Assembly (NCBI GenBank): GCA_046582475.1 | Contig: JAYGEH010000054.1 | Span: 1-54,585, forward strand | Reading direction: 5' to 3' | Length of the DNA: 54,585 nucleotides | From: Rhodospirillales bacterium | GTDB taxonomy: Bacteria; Pseudomonadota; Alphaproteobacteria; Rhodospirillales; UBA2165 | Shown here: positions 39,972-50,288 of the stretch, one piece after another | Numbering within the stretch: the first letter of the stretch is position 1 | Layout: every line of letters starts with the position of its first letter | Program-made: the position numbers and the translations under genes | Notes under the pieces: generated by a model | The model's database searches: none | What the model saw: the letters and a program-made list of their open reading frames with translations, nothing else | What the model was told of the DNA's origin: nothing

Positions 39972-40254
39972 AGCGGTTCCGGATAATTATGAATCAATTT
40001 GATGGGAACAAATCGGTTTTCCGGGGAGGCGCGGTGCGCAGCGCGATGCGGATCCTTCGGGCAAGTGCCGGGGCGCCGCCTTAGGAGCCGATTTGACCCA
40101 CCAATGGCCGGGTGCGTTCGATGCGTGGACGTCGTCGCACGCCTTTGCCGATGCCAATGCATCGCCCTGCGACGCGCTCCTCGCACACTTGGGATGGAAA
40201 TGTTGGCAAAATCATCCCGGTCAAATGGTTCATATCTATCTGGAACCGCTCTAG
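39968..40254. mobile_element. MITE-like element, family A, copy 2 (inverted relative to copy 1)
   Basis: The ends are CTAGAGCGGTTCCGGATAATTATGAA and TTCATATCTATCTGGAACCGCTCTAG. The interior aligns with copy 1 in reverse complement (e.g. CCGGAAAACCGATTTGTTCCCATCAAATTGATTC), with substitutions and small indels. Confidence 0.75.
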
Positions 40255-40263
40255 CGGTGAGCG

Positions 40264-40707
40264 CTAAGCCAGAAAATTAACGCCCGGCGACTGGAAGACA
40301 GTCTGCCCCTCCGGCATCGTTTGGGCGAGGCCATCGGGCCGCGTCGCGTTCATGATTTTATCGTAGGTTTCGGCTACCATGGTGGCCAGCGCCAAGGCCG
40401 CGGAAGGTTTGAAGGACGCCGTCTGCTGAAAAAGAAGCTGCGCCTGAAACGCCGACTGAAAGGACTGGAATATGGGTTTGCGCGCCGCCGCTTGGCCGTC
40501 GATGGACGTTCCCGGACCGCGTGCCTGGCGGCCGCCCGGGCCATCGCCACCGCCGGAGAGGCCGGCCTGCACCTGGCCGCCGAACGACGTTCCCGATATC
40601 GGCGCCTCGAGGCCGGGTCCGCTTTCCGATGCGCCAGCGCCGAACATGGCGGGACCATATGCGGCCACACGCCCGGCATTGCCGGCACCTGTTGCTATTA
40701 ATGACAT
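40264..40707 (-). CDS. Hypothetical Gly/Ala/Gln-rich protein
   Basis: This 147-aa frame shows G/C-rich third positions, unlike the overlapping frames. No family recognised. Ends in TAG. Confidence 0.4.
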   Translation of the reverse strand: MSLIATGAGNAGRVAAYGPAMFGAGASESGPGLEAPISGTSFGGQVQAGLSGGGDGPGGRQARGPGTSIDGQAAARKPIFQSFQSAFQAQLLFQQTASFKPSAALALATMVAETYDKIMNATRPDGLAQTMPEGQTVFQSPGVNFLA

Positions 40708-40784
40708 GTTTCAACGCTCACCCAAAAACAATAATAGCGGATCATTGCGCTGAAAACCACAGGCTCGTGTGGCGCCCACCGGTT

Positions 40785-41519
40785 ATGCTAAACTCGTTTA
40801 TCATGTGGACCGATGCCGTTGATTTGAGGAACTATTACGCCACGCCCATTGGCGCCGTGACCGAACGCCTGGTGGGTCAGCATATCCGTTCGGTCTGGCC
40901 CGATACCACGGGTATGCGCATGCTCGGCATCGGCTTTCCGGTTCCCTATCTTGATGGTTTTCGGCGCCAGGCCGAAACCGTTATCGCCGCCATGCCGGCC
41001 TCGCAAGGGGTCTTGCACTGGCCCGAGGACGGCCCCGGTCTGACTTATTTGACCGACGAGGCGGAATTGCCCATCGATGATCTGTCTCAGGACCGGGTGT
41101 TGCTGATCCATGCCCTGGAATGCGCCGAACAGGTGCGCCCGATGATGCGCGAGATATGGCGGGTCTTAAGCGGCGGCGGGCGGCTCCTGATCGTGGTTCC
41201 CAACCGGCGCGGCCTGTGGGCCCGGTTCGAGCGCACGCCGTTCGGCAATGGGCGTCCCTACTCCGCCGGTCAGATTAACCGCTTGCTGCGCGACACCATG
41301 TTCGCACCCTTGGCGACACGCGGCGCGTTATACATCCCGCCGGCCCGCTCGCGCATGATACTATCCTCGGCCGGGGCCTGGGAGAATGTCGGCCATCGCC
41401 TATTCAAAGCCTTCGGCGGTGTGATATCGGTGGAGGCGGAAAAACAGATCTATGCGCCGGCACCGACCCCGGCGGCGGCGCGCATCAGGCGCGCTTACGC
41501 TACGGCGATAAAGAGTTAA
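40785..41519 (+). CDS. Class I SAM-dependent methyltransferase
   Basis: MLNSFIMWTDAVDLRNYY...MRMLGIGFP...VLLIHALE...LSGGGRLLIVVPN. The longer track ORF start is an artefact. Confidence 0.7.
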   Translation: MLNSFIMWTDAVDLRNYYATPIGAVTERLVGQHIRSVWPDTTGMRMLGIGFPVPYLDGFRRQAETVIAAMPASQGVLHWPEDGPGLTYLTDEAELPIDDLSQDRVLLIHALECAEQVRPMMREIWRVLSGGGRLLIVVPNRRGLWARFERTPFGNGRPYSAGQINRLLRDTMFAPLATRGALYIPPARSRMILSSAGAWENVGHRLFKAFGGVISVEAEKQIYAPAPTPAAARIRRAYATAIKS

Positions 41520-42165
41520 CTGCCTCCTTGGTCAGCAGAAACACCGCTTGCTCGCCGGCCAGATTGGCCAGCGCCACGTTGGAGCGGATACGCCGCCTGG
41601 CCCCCCGGTGATTGAGGGCGATCGAGCGCTCGATCTCGATATCCAATTCGGCGCAAAGCTGGATGAAATCCTTGATCGTGCAGGAATGGATATTGGGGCT
41701 GTCGAACCAATGATGGGGCAAGGCGTTGGTCACCGGCATGCGGCCTTCGAACATTAACGATACCCGCACCCGCCAATGGCCGAAATTGGGAAACGAAACG
41801 ATGGCCCGGCGCCCGATGCGCAGCATATTGCCGAGCACGTCCCTGGGCGCCCGGGTCGCCTGCAGGGTTTGCGAGAGCACCACATAATCGAAGGCGCCAT
41901 CGGGGTAATCGTCAAGATCGGTATCGGCATCGCCCTGGATAACCGACAAGCCCTGGGAGACGCAGGCATTCACCCCTTCCATGGAAAGCTCAACGCCGCG
42001 CCCATCGACGCCTTTTTCGTGGATCAGATAATCCAGCAAGGCGCCATCGCCGCAACCCACGTCCAGAAGCCGGCTGCCCGGCTCGACCATGTTGGCGACG
42101 ACCTCGAGATCGCCGCGCAATTTTTCGCGCTGACGGCTGGCGTCCATGCTTTGCTCAGGCCTCAT
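41500..42165 (-). CDS. metW: Methionine biosynthesis protein MetW
   Basis: [15 protein letters not shown]...[17 protein letters not shown]...[10 protein letters not shown]. Start at 42165 or 42147. Confidence 0.9.
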   Translation of the reverse strand: MRPEQSMDASRQREKLRGDLEVVANMVEPGSRLLDVGCGDGALLDYLIHEKGVDGRGVELSMEGVNACVSQGLSVIQGDADTDLDDYPDGAFDYVVLSQTLQATRAPRDVLGNMLRIGRRAIVSFPNFGHWRVRVSLMFEGRMPVTNALPHHWFDSPNIHSCTIKDFIQLCAELDIEIERSIALNHRGARRRIRSNVALANLAGEQAVFLLTKEAVNSLSP

Positions 42166-43357
42166 TTTCGAATTTGAGGCCGAAATGTTCGCGGGCGCCG
42201 TCCAGAAAACCGGACAGCACGCTCCAGAATTCCGGCTCCTCCAGCAGGAATGCATCATGGCCCTTGTCGGATTCGATCTCGGCGAAGCTGACATTGGCGG
42301 CCGCCGCATTCAGGGCATGCACGATGCGGCGGCTTTCGGATGTGGGATAGAGCCAGTCGGAAGAAAACGAAATCACGCAAAACCGTGTCTCGCAGCCGAG
42401 AAACGCCTCGGCCAGCACGCCGCCATAGCGTTCGGCCAGATCGAAATAATCCATGGCCCGGGTGATATAGAGGTAGGAATTGGCGTCGAACCGGTCGACA
42501 AAGGTGCTGCCCTGGTGGCGCAAATAGCTTTCCACTTGGAAATCCGCGTCGAACCCGAAGGTCACCGCGTCCCGGTCCTGAAGCCGGCGGCCGAATTTAT
42601 TGTGCAGCGCCGGTTCCGACAGATAGGTGATGTGCGCCACCATGCGGGCGATTGCCAAGCCCCGGTTGGGGTTGGTGCCTTCGGCCAGATAGTTGCCGCC
42701 GCACCAATCGGGATCGGCCATGATCGCCTGGCGGCCAACCTCGTGAAAAGCGATGTTCTGGGCCGAATGATAAGGCGCCGCCGCGATCGGCACCGCCGCC
42801 CGCACCCGCTCGGGGTAAAGGGCCGCCCATTCCAGAACCTGCATGCCGCCCAAGGAACCGCCGATAACGCAAAACAGCCGGTCGATTTCCAAATGGTCGA
42901 GCAGCAGCGCCTGGGCACGCACCATATCGGCGACGGTGATCACCGGAAAATCCAGCCCCCAGAGCTTGCCGGTGGCGGGGTTAATCTCCTTCGGCCCGAT
43001 GGTGCCCATGCAGCTGCCCAGGATATTCACACAAATGATGAAATAGCGGTCGCTGTCCAGGAGCTTGCCGGGCCCGACCACCGATTCCCACCATCCCGGC
43101 TTGCCGGTCTGCGGGTGCGTGTCGCCGACAAACTGGTCGAGGGAGAGAGCATGGCAGATGAGTACGGCGTTGGATTTATTCCGGTTCAATTGGCCATATG
43201 TTTGATAGGCGACGGGAAAATCGGAAAATTCGACGCCGCAATCCAGGCGCAGGGGCGCCGTTAGCGCCAATCTGGTGCAGTGTCCGGACCCGGGTCCATT
43301 GGCCAATGTTGCGGCCGATTGATTAGGCGGCGTGGTCATCCGACCATTATATCCCAT
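42155..43357 (-). CDS. metX: Homoserine O-acetyltransferase
   Basis: Alpha/beta hydrolase with [10 protein letters not shown] (nucleophile elbow) and a C-terminal GHDAFLLE. Confidence 0.95.
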   Translation of the reverse strand: MGYNGRMTTPPNQSAATLANGPGSGHCTRLALTAPLRLDCGVEFSDFPVAYQTYGQLNRNKSNAVLICHALSLDQFVGDTHPQTGKPGWWESVVGPGKLLDSDRYFIICVNILGSCMGTIGPKEINPATGKLWGLDFPVITVADMVRAQALLLDHLEIDRLFCVIGGSLGGMQVLEWAALYPERVRAAVPIAAAPYHSAQNIAFHEVGRQAIMADPDWCGGNYLAEGTNPNRGLAIARMVAHITYLSEPALHNKFGRRLQDRDAVTFGFDADFQVESYLRHQGSTFVDRFDANSYLYITRAMDYFDLAERYGGVLAEAFLGCETRFCVISFSSDWLYPTSESRRIVHALNAAAANVSFAEIESDKGHDAFLLEEPEFWSVLSGFLDGAREHFGLKFENEA

Positions 43358-43434
43358 TTTGGCGTTTCAGAAGTCATCCGGTTACACCCCGTCCAAGCGG
43401 CGTGGCCTGGCCCTCCAGCTCCAAATGACGCCCA

Positions 43435-43463
43435 TAGCTATGAATCGCGCCCGCCCAAGTCAA
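43435..43463 (-). promoter_or_regulatory. Candidate sigma70-type promoter of metXW
   Basis: On the minus strand: TTGACT (43463-43458), a 17-nt spacer, then TAGCTA (43440-43435), about 80 nt upstream of the metX ATG. Confidence 0.3.
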
Positions 43464-43534
43464 TCTTTTCTTTGATTTTAGGGGTGCCGGGCATTATCAC
43501 TTCGCCTTCCCGATATTTACTTAAGTCACGCAAA

Positions 43535-44419
43535 ATGTCCGAAGCCGAGCTTAATAAACTCAGAGATGAGATCGACGCCATCGATTTGGAGCTGCTCCAG
43601 CTCCTGGCCCGGCGCAATGCGGTCAGTGGCCGCGTCCGGCTGGTCAAGACGGGCGATAAGGTCAAACTGCGCCCGGGACGCGAGGCCAAGATATTGCGCA
43701 AGCTGCTGGCCGCCAACAAGGGCGGCTATCCGGACCGTTCGTTGCTGCGTATATGGCGGGAAATTTTCAGCGCGTCCCTGGCCAGCCAGGGCGCATTTTC
43801 GACCGCCGTTCTGACCGAGGATGGCGGTTCCTTATTATGGGACTTAGGCCGCGATCATTTCGGCGCCGGCGGCGCCTTCACCCGCTGCCCCACGCCGCGC
43901 CGGGTGCTGGAAGCCGTAAGCCGCGGCGAAGACGCCCTCGGTATCCTGCCGGCGCCGGACCCGGAAGACGCCGATCCCTGGTGGCAGCATCTTTTGGTAC
44001 AGCCCAATTCGGTCGGCGGCGCCGGCGCGCCGCAAATCATCGCCAAACTGCCGTTTTGGATTTCCGGCAGCAGCAATAGTGGCGGCGGCGGGACGGCGGT
44101 GGTCATCGCCATGATCGAGCCGGACCCATCGGGCGACGACCGCACCTACATGGCCATCGATCTGGCCGGCGAGGTGTCCGCCAACCGGCTGACCAGCGCC
44201 CTCGCCGACGCCGGGTTCGACGGCACCCTGGCCGCCAGATGGCATGAAACCCAGGCGCCGGAGCGCTGGGTGAAGCTGATCGATATGGCCGGCTTTGCGG
44301 GCGCCGACGATGCCCGGTTCGGCGCCCTGACCGATGCCTTGGAGGTGCCGGTCAATCAGATATTCCGCTTGGGCAGTTTCGCCGTGCCATCCATCATCGA
44401 AACCTTGAGGGGCGGTTGA
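43535..44419 (+). CDS. Chorismate mutase (AroQ domain plus C-terminal domain of unclear function)
   Basis: LNKLRDEIDAIDLELLQLLARRNAVSGRV...RPGREAKILRKL. Confidence 0.8.
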   Translation: MSEAELNKLRDEIDAIDLELLQLLARRNAVSGRVRLVKTGDKVKLRPGREAKILRKLLAANKGGYPDRSLLRIWREIFSASLASQGAFSTAVLTEDGGSLLWDLGRDHFGAGGAFTRCPTPRRVLEAVSRGEDALGILPAPDPEDADPWWQHLLVQPNSVGGAGAPQIIAKLPFWISGSSNSGGGGTAVVIAMIEPDPSGDDRTYMAIDLAGEVSANRLTSALADAGFDGTLAARWHETQAPERWVKLIDMAGFAGADDARFGALTDALEVPVNQIFRLGSFAVPSIIETLRGG

Positions 44420-44421
44420 TC

Positions 44422-45531
44422 ATGGCGTCCCCGACACCGCTCCCGGGTCTTCTGGATATTTTACCCTATGCCGGCGGCGAAGCCGAGATTGAGGGCTTTG
44501 ATCGGGTCATCAAGCTGGCATCGAACGAAGGCGCCTTCGGGCCCAGCCCGAAAGTGCGCGCCGTGCTCGAAGGCGCCATCGATAATTTTCACCGCTATCC
44601 CGATGGCGACTGCACCAAGATCCGCCAGGCCATCGCCGGCAAATATGGATATCCGGTGGAAAATATCATGTGCGGCGCCGGCTCGGACGAACTGATCGGG
44701 CTGATCGCCCGTTGTTATGCCGCCACCGGCGATGAGATTATCTGCTGCGCGCACGGCTTTGCCATGTATCCCATCTATGTAAAACAGGTGGGCGCCGATC
44801 TGGTGGTGGCACCGGAAACCAATATTACCGTCGATGTGGATGCGATCCTGGAGCGGGTGAGCGCGCACACCAAGGTGGTGTTCATCGCCAACCCGAACAA
44901 TCCTACCGGCACCTATATCCCGAAATCCGAGGTCGAGCGCCTGCGCGCCGGCTTGCCCGATCATGTGCTGCTGGCCCTCGACGGCGCCTATTCGGAATTC
45001 GTCGACCGGGCGGATTACTCGAACGGCGCCGAGATGGCGGCCGCCAGCGATAACGTGGTCATGCTGCGCACATTTTCGAAAATTTACGGCATGGGCGGGC
45101 TGCGTCTCGGCTGGGCCTATTGCCCCGACGTGGTCGCCGATGTGATCAACAAGACCCGCTCCCCGTTCAACGTCTCCTACCCGGCGCAAATCGCCGGCCT
45201 GGCGGCGCTGCAGGACGACGCCTTTGTCGCACACGCACGCGCCCACAATATCCGGTGGCGGCAATGGACCAGTGATGAAGTGCGCAAGCTCGGCCTCGAG
45301 GTTCCCGAATCGGTCTGCAATTTCGTCCTGGTACGGTTTCCGCAACGGCCCGGGCGCAGCGCCGAGGATGCTGATCAGTTCCTCAAATCCAAGGGCATCA
45401 TCGTCAGGCGCATGGCCGGCTACGGCCTGCCCGACGCGCTCCGCATCTCCATCGGGCTGGAAGACGAAATGCGCGCCGTCGTCGCGGCCCTCGATGAATT
45501 CACCCGCCGCAACGCTTCGGAGCCCATCTGA
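44422..45531 (+). CDS. hisC: Histidinol-phosphate aminotransferase
   Basis: KLASNEGAFGPSP, PNNPTG and TFSKIYGMGGLRLG (PLP Lys). Confidence 0.9.
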   Translation: MASPTPLPGLLDILPYAGGEAEIEGFDRVIKLASNEGAFGPSPKVRAVLEGAIDNFHRYPDGDCTKIRQAIAGKYGYPVENIMCGAGSDELIGLIARCYAATGDEIICCAHGFAMYPIYVKQVGADLVVAPETNITVDVDAILERVSAHTKVVFIANPNNPTGTYIPKSEVERLRAGLPDHVLLALDGAYSEFVDRADYSNGAEMAAASDNVVMLRTFSKIYGMGGLRLGWAYCPDVVADVINKTRSPFNVSYPAQIAGLAALQDDAFVAHARAHNIRWRQWTSDEVRKLGLEVPESVCNFVLVRFPQRPGRSAEDADQFLKSKGIIVRRMAGYGLPDALRISIGLEDEMRAVVAALDEFTRRNASEPI

Positions 45532-45537
45532 ACCGCC

Positions 45538-46428
45538 ATGAACACGGAAAACAATAATTTCGGCCGCATCGCGCTTATCGGCATCGGCCTGATCGCATCG
45601 TCGCTGGCGCGCATCATTAGGCGGGACGGCCTGGCGGACCATGTGGCGGTGACGGCGCGCACCCAGAAAAGCCTGGATATCGCGGCGTCGCTGAATTTGG
45701 CCGACAGTTTCACCCTGGATGCCGCCGCCGCTGTCCGGGACGCCGATATCGTCATCATCTGCTCGCCCATGGGCACCTATGTGCCGGTCATCGAGGCCAT
45801 CGCGCCTGCGTTAAAGGCCGGCGCCATCGTCAGCGATGTGGGCTCGGTCAAGGGATCGGCCCTCGCCGACCTGGCGCCGCATATTCCGGACGGCGTCCAT
45901 CTGGTGCCCGCCCACCCGGTTGCCGGCACCGAGCATTCGGGCCCCGAGGCCGGCTTCACGGAATTGTTCGAAGGCCGCTGGTGCGTGCTGACGCCGGCGC
46001 CCGGCACCGACCAGGCGGCGATCGATACCATCGCCGCTTTGTGGACCGCCTGTGGCTCCAATACCGAGATCATGGCCGCCGGTCACCACGATCTGGTGAT
46101 GGCCATCACCTCGCACCTGCCGCATTTGATCGCCTATACTATCGTCGGCACGGCGACCGATCTGGAACAGACCTTGCGCAACGAGGTGATCAAATATTCG
46201 GCCAGCGGATTCCGGGATTTCACCCGCATCGCGGCCTCGGACCCGGCCATGTGGCGGGATGTGTTTCTCAACAATCAAGACGCGGTGCTGGAAATGCTGC
46301 AGCGTTTTTCCGAGGATCTGACGGCCATGCAACGGGCTATCCGCCGCGGCGAGGGCGATACCCTCTATGATCTGTTCGAGCGCACCCGCGCCATCCGCCG
46401 CGGCGTTATCGACGCCAAGCAGGCCTGA
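45538..46428 (+). CDS. tyrC: Prephenate/arogenate dehydrogenase
   Basis: Rossmann N-terminus IALIGIGLIASSLA, then HPVAGTEHSGP. Confidence 0.88.
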   Translation: MNTENNNFGRIALIGIGLIASSLARIIRRDGLADHVAVTARTQKSLDIAASLNLADSFTLDAAAAVRDADIVIICSPMGTYVPVIEAIAPALKAGAIVSDVGSVKGSALADLAPHIPDGVHLVPAHPVAGTEHSGPEAGFTELFEGRWCVLTPAPGTDQAAIDTIAALWTACGSNTEIMAAGHHDLVMAITSHLPHLIAYTIVGTATDLEQTLRNEVIKYSASGFRDFTRIAASDPAMWRDVFLNNQDAVLEMLQRFSEDLTAMQRAIRRGEGDTLYDLFERTRAIRRGVIDAKQA

Positions 46429-46430
46429 AT

Positions 46431-47594
46431 TTAGCGAAGCTTTTGCGGCCCGCTGGTGCCCGGCGGGCGCGTCCATTTGATTTTCGGCATGTCCATCAGG
46501 TGCACCGGGCCGGCGTAAAGTTTTTGTTCCTGTATCGACAACGGCAGGCTGATGGTCGCGGCGCCGCCGCCCTTGGGTTTGCGCGCCAGGGCGCCCAGGA
46601 TCACCCGGGCCATGGCGGCATCGCGGGACCGGATGTGGCCGGCATTGCGCAAGGCTTTGACGGTCTGGAAAAAGCCGCGCACCTTGGCGGTCATGGCGCC
46701 CATCGGCTGCATCGCCTGATCCAGGGCCAGGGTGCCGTTGGCGCGCACATAGAGGGGGCCGTATTGGGTCTCCAGGCGTTCCACCTCGACAATGCCGCCG
46801 CCGTCGCGCCAGTGGCCAAGGGCATCCACCGTGGCTGGAAATTCGAGGCCGCCCAGAACCTTCGCCTGGAAATTCAAAATCCGCACATCGCCTCCCAGCG
46901 GCAGTCCCAGCCCGGCCGGCAGTTGCAGGCCCCGGAGGCGGAAGTCCAAATCGAAGCTCGGCGTCTTAGGGGTCACTTCGGAAGGAAACAAGCGCTCGGC
47001 AAAAATCTCGGCGCCGGCCACCGAGGCGAAATTTGCGCCGCTCCCGGTGGTGATGGTGAGCACTTTCGCCGACAATTGCACCGAGGCGGGCAGACCATCG
47101 CCGTGCAGATCAGCCACCACGAGCAGCCTCGCGGCCTGCCCCCTAAACGATTGCCGTAGGCGCCCGGCGGCAATGTCCAGTGCGTGTTCGCCGGCCAGAT
47201 CCACCGAAATCCGGCGCAGGTTCCAGGGCGCCATGTGGGCGGTCAGCTTCTGCCCCCGCCATTCCCAGCGGTCGCCCTCGCCGGTCTCGGAAAATCCGGA
47301 AAAGGCGATGCGCGGCCCGGTCATGATGACCCGAAGCGCCAGCGGAAATCCCGAAATTTCGATGCGGCTTTGCGAAACCTGGATGCCGACCCCGGCCCGC
47401 GCCTGCACCCAGGCGCCGATGCCGTCCTTCAGGTTGGAGGCGAGCAGGAACCAATAGGCGGTGTAGGCGACGCCGACCAGCGCCGCGCCGACGATGCCGA
47501 TCAATCCATAACGGATAAGCCTGAGGCTCAAGGGCGGGCGATAGTCGAGCGCCGCGTGCCGGCTCCCTGCGCCTCTATTTGGTTGCTGGGCCAT
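46431..47594 (-). CDS. Membrane-anchored hypothetical protein (DUF2125-like, from memory of the family)
   Basis: 387 aa with one N-terminal TM (LIRYGLIGIVGAALVGVAYTAYWFLL). Convergent with tyrC, with a 2-nt gap. Confidence 0.5.
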   Translation of the reverse strand: MAQQPNRGAGSRHAALDYRPPLSLRLIRYGLIGIVGAALVGVAYTAYWFLLASNLKDGIGAWVQARAGVGIQVSQSRIEISGFPLALRVIMTGPRIAFSGFSETGEGDRWEWRGQKLTAHMAPWNLRRISVDLAGEHALDIAAGRLRQSFRGQAARLLVVADLHGDGLPASVQLSAKVLTITTGSGANFASVAGAEIFAERLFPSEVTPKTPSFDLDFRLRGLQLPAGLGLPLGGDVRILNFQAKVLGGLEFPATVDALGHWRDGGGIVEVERLETQYGPLYVRANGTLALDQAMQPMGAMTAKVRGFFQTVKALRNAGHIRSRDAAMARVILGALARKPKGGGAATISLPLSIQEQKLYAGPVHLMDMPKIKWTRPPGTSGPQKLR

Positions 47595-48063
47595 CCGACA
47601 ACCGGCGCAGCAAATCGATCAACAGGCGCCGTTCCGCTGGCGACAGATCGCCGGCGATACGGTCCTCATGGGCGCGCACCATGGGGCGCAGCTTGTCCAT
47701 CAACGCGGCGCCGCCGGTTGATAGTACCAGCGCGTTGGAGCGCCGGTCCACCTTTGAGGGGCGCCGCTCCACTAGGGCGCGCCGTTCCAAAGTGTCGATC
47801 ACCGCGACCATGGTCGAGCGTTCGATGCCGATGGCGCGGGCCAGGGCCGATTGGGTGGAGCCGGGATTGGCTTCGATCAGGACCAGTACGCCGAACTGGC
47901 CGGGGGTAATCTGGACCGCGCCCATGGCCCCGGCGAAATCGGTGAACATGCGGAGCTGGGCGCGGCGCAACTGATAGCCCATCAATTGCGGCAGAATATC
48001 GAAATCCAGCGCGTCGGCCGCTGGCGGCGGCGCGGCTTCGGGTTTTTCAGTTTCGCTGTCCAT
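47575..48063 (-). CDS. MarR family transcriptional regulator
   Basis: 162 aa with the winged HTH QITPGQFGVLVLIEANPGSTQSALARAIGIERSTMVAVIDTLERRALVERR. Ends in TAG. Confidence 0.9.
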   Translation of the reverse strand: MDSETEKPEAAPPPAADALDFDILPQLMGYQLRRAQLRMFTDFAGAMGAVQITPGQFGVLVLIEANPGSTQSALARAIGIERSTMVAVIDTLERRALVERRPSKVDRRSNALVLSTGGAALMDKLRPMVRAHEDRIAGDLSPAERRLLIDLLRRLSDGPATK

Positions 48064-48067
48064 GGAA

Positions 48068-49615
48068 TTAGTCCGCCACCGTTTCTAAATCGGCAATCAT
48101 GTCGCGCAAGGCGAAGCGCTGCAGCTTGCCGGTCGCGGTCAGCGGCATGGCATCCACATAGTACATGCGCCGCGGGCATTTATAGATGGAAAGCTTAGCC
48201 GTCAGATCGTCCTGCAGGGCTTTTTCAAATTCTTCCCTTTCGGCCCCCACCTCGGGCGCCACCATAAACAGGGCCAGGCGGATCAGCCCGTCTTCGTTGG
48301 CAACGCCGACAACGGCGGCTTCCGAGACTTTGGGATTGGCAAGCACATGCTCCTCGATCTCGTTCGGGCTCACCCACTGGCCGGAGATTTTGAGCATATC
48401 GTCGGTGCGGCCCTGATATTCGTGAAAGCCGTCGGCATCGACGCTGAACATATCGTTGGTGCAATACCAGCCGTCCTGGAATACCGCTTCGGTGCGCGCG
48501 TCCAGGTTCCAATATCCCCGCGCCACGGAGCGCATATTGACCCAAAGCACGCCGGCGGCGCCGGGCCCGGTTACCGTCTTGCCGCCCTGGTCGACGATGC
48601 GCACTTGGGTCCCCGGCGTCGGCACGCCGCAGGTGCCGGGGTTCATCCGGTCCGGGCGGTTGACGAGAAACAGGAAACAGGTTTCGGTGGCGCCGATGCC
48701 TTCGAGAACCGGCCGCCCGGTGGCCTCTTGCCAGGCGTCGAACAGAATGCGCGGCAATTTTTCGCCGGCCGAGAGGTAATAGCGCACCTGTTTAAATCCG
48801 GCCCCCCCGGCGACGCCGTCGCGCAGCATATTGCGGTAGAATGTCGGCACGCTGAGAAGGATCGTCGGCCGGTAGGTATCGACGATTTCGCCCACCGCCT
48901 TGGCGTCCGGCCAATCGGGATACAGGATGGCGGTGGCGCCGAGACTGAGGGTCGCAAATAAACAATGGGCCAGGGAGAAGGCGAAAAACAGCTTCGACGA
49001 TGCGTAAACCCGGTCCCCGGGGCCAACCTTCATCAATTCGCCGAGCATGTTTTTGGCGTCCTCGACGGTGCGCTGATTATGCACCACGCCCTTGGGCTTA
49101 CCGGTGGTTCCCGATGAATACATCCAAAAACCGGGATCGTCGGGTGACGATTTGACCGACGCCAGTTGCGCCGATGCGGCGTCCATCAGGCTGGGGATAT
49201 GGCCATAGCCGCCGATGGACCCATCGACCGAGAATGCCGCCGGCTTGCGCTTGGCGGCGCCCGCCGCCTCTTCATAATAGTTGGCGAATTGCGCTTCGAG
49301 AACGAACCCGGTGCAGGCGCTGTCGTCCATGGTAAAAGCAATCTCGGCGGCCGACAGACGCAAATTGAGGGCCACCGGGATGGCGCCGATTTTGATCAAT
49401 CCCAGATAGACGTAGAAGAATTCGGGGCGGTCGGTGACCAGCAACAAGACCCGCTCGCCCTTGCCGATGCCGGCGCCGGCGAAAACATTGCCGGCGCGGT
49501 TCACCCGCTCGGCGAGTTGCCCGTAGGTGACGGTCTCGCCGGCACACAGAATGGCCGCGTCATCGGCCTGGCCGCGCGCCAGGGCCGGGCCGAGGACCGC
49601 GTCGGCCATGTTCAT
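48068..49615 (-). CDS. AMP-binding acyl-CoA ligase (benzoate-CoA ligase-like)
   Basis: MYSSGTTGKPKGVV (AMP motif), YLSAGEKLP and GRTDDMLKISGQWVSP. Start taken at MNMADAV. Confidence 0.85.
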   Translation of the reverse strand: MNMADAVLGPALARGQADDAAILCAGETVTYGQLAERVNRAGNVFAGAGIGKGERVLLLVTDRPEFFYVYLGLIKIGAIPVALNLRLSAAEIAFTMDDSACTGFVLEAQFANYYEEAAGAAKRKPAAFSVDGSIGGYGHIPSLMDAASAQLASVKSSPDDPGFWMYSSGTTGKPKGVVHNQRTVEDAKNMLGELMKVGPGDRVYASSKLFFAFSLAHCLFATLSLGATAILYPDWPDAKAVGEIVDTYRPTILLSVPTFYRNMLRDGVAGGAGFKQVRYYLSAGEKLPRILFDAWQEATGRPVLEGIGATETCFLFLVNRPDRMNPGTCGVPTPGTQVRIVDQGGKTVTGPGAAGVLWVNMRSVARGYWNLDARTEAVFQDGWYCTNDMFSVDADGFHEYQGRTDDMLKISGQWVSPNEIEEHVLANPKVSEAAVVGVANEDGLIRLALFMVAPEVGAEREEFEKALQDDLTAKLSIYKCPRRMYYVDAMPLTATGKLQRFALRDMIADLETVAD

Positions 49616-49762
49616 TGGGGCCAAATTGCTATTTGATTGATCGGTATCAGGCACGATGCGGCTTTCAATAATGGCGGCTTTTTTTAAAGGTACCCGCAGT
49701 TTTTTGAGGTAATTTATTGTTAGCCATACGAACGTTTTTGACAAGACCCACAGTGCCCAGCC

Positions 49763-49812
49763 GGTCTGGGGATGGCATGGTTGGCCAGACCGGCGTCGTT
49801 ATTGGCACCTCG
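49763..49812 (+). repeat. Junction repeat unit, copy 1 (compact form)
   Basis: GGTCTGGGGATGGC (49763-49776), 6 nt, then GGCCAGACCGGCGTCGTTATTGGCACCTCG (49783-49812). GCCGGTCTGG and CCAGACCGGC form a 10-bp stem. Confidence 0.55.
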
Positions 49813-50031
49813 ATGTCTGGGAGACTCACCGCCTCATCGTCCCGGTGGTATTTCTTCTTTTATTTCGTGCGACATGTTCGGCCCACCCCCCTTACGGTTA
49901 TGACGCTTTGTTACGATTCCTTACGGTTTTACCCAATCTCACGTCTCGATATTTATTCCCGCGACATATTTCCGCGAATCCACCATGGGGGTTTGTGGGG
50001 ATTTGTGGGGGTAAAACGGCGTAGCCGATCT

Positions 50032-50123
50032 GGTCTGGGGATGGCTGGGCCCGGCCTACGCAGCCGAAGTGGCCGCTTCGGCGGAGTGTGCTCGGCCAGA
50101 CCGGCGTCGAACTTGGCACCTGG
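50032..50123 (+). repeat. Junction repeat unit, copy 2 (48-nt spacer between the halves, against 6 nt in copy 1)
   Basis: The same 14-mer (50032-50045) and 30-mer (50094-50123, 26 of 30 identical) are separated by 48 nt. The spacer contains the hairpin GCCGAAG-TGGCCG-CTTCGGC (50063-50082). Confidence 0.55.
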
Positions 50124-50288
50124 GTAATTGGGCGCAAACCACATGAGGATGGCCCCAGGGGCTCTTTTTGGGGGACACCCCCAACCCCAATGTTGGTCAT
50201 GTGGGCGTCCGGTGCGGCACCTGGCTATGAGATCGTCGGCCACCGGGGATCAATTCGTCCTATTCACGTTATTCAAGAACAGAAAGGC

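Noticed and set aside
43358-43470. A SAM-II or SAM-V riboswitch in the metX leader
   Set aside because: Alphaproteobacterial metX and metA genes often carry SAM-II. The ~80-nt leader here lacks the conserved AAAGCU element, and I saw no obvious H-type pseudoknot. Only a promoter-like TTGACT-17-TAGCTA is reported.
49804-50125. Sigma-54 promoters in the junction repeats (TTGGCAC)
   Set aside because: Both repeats contain TGGCAC. The -12 element five nt downstream is TGTCT or TAATT rather than TTGC(A/T), and no suitably placed downstream gene exists.
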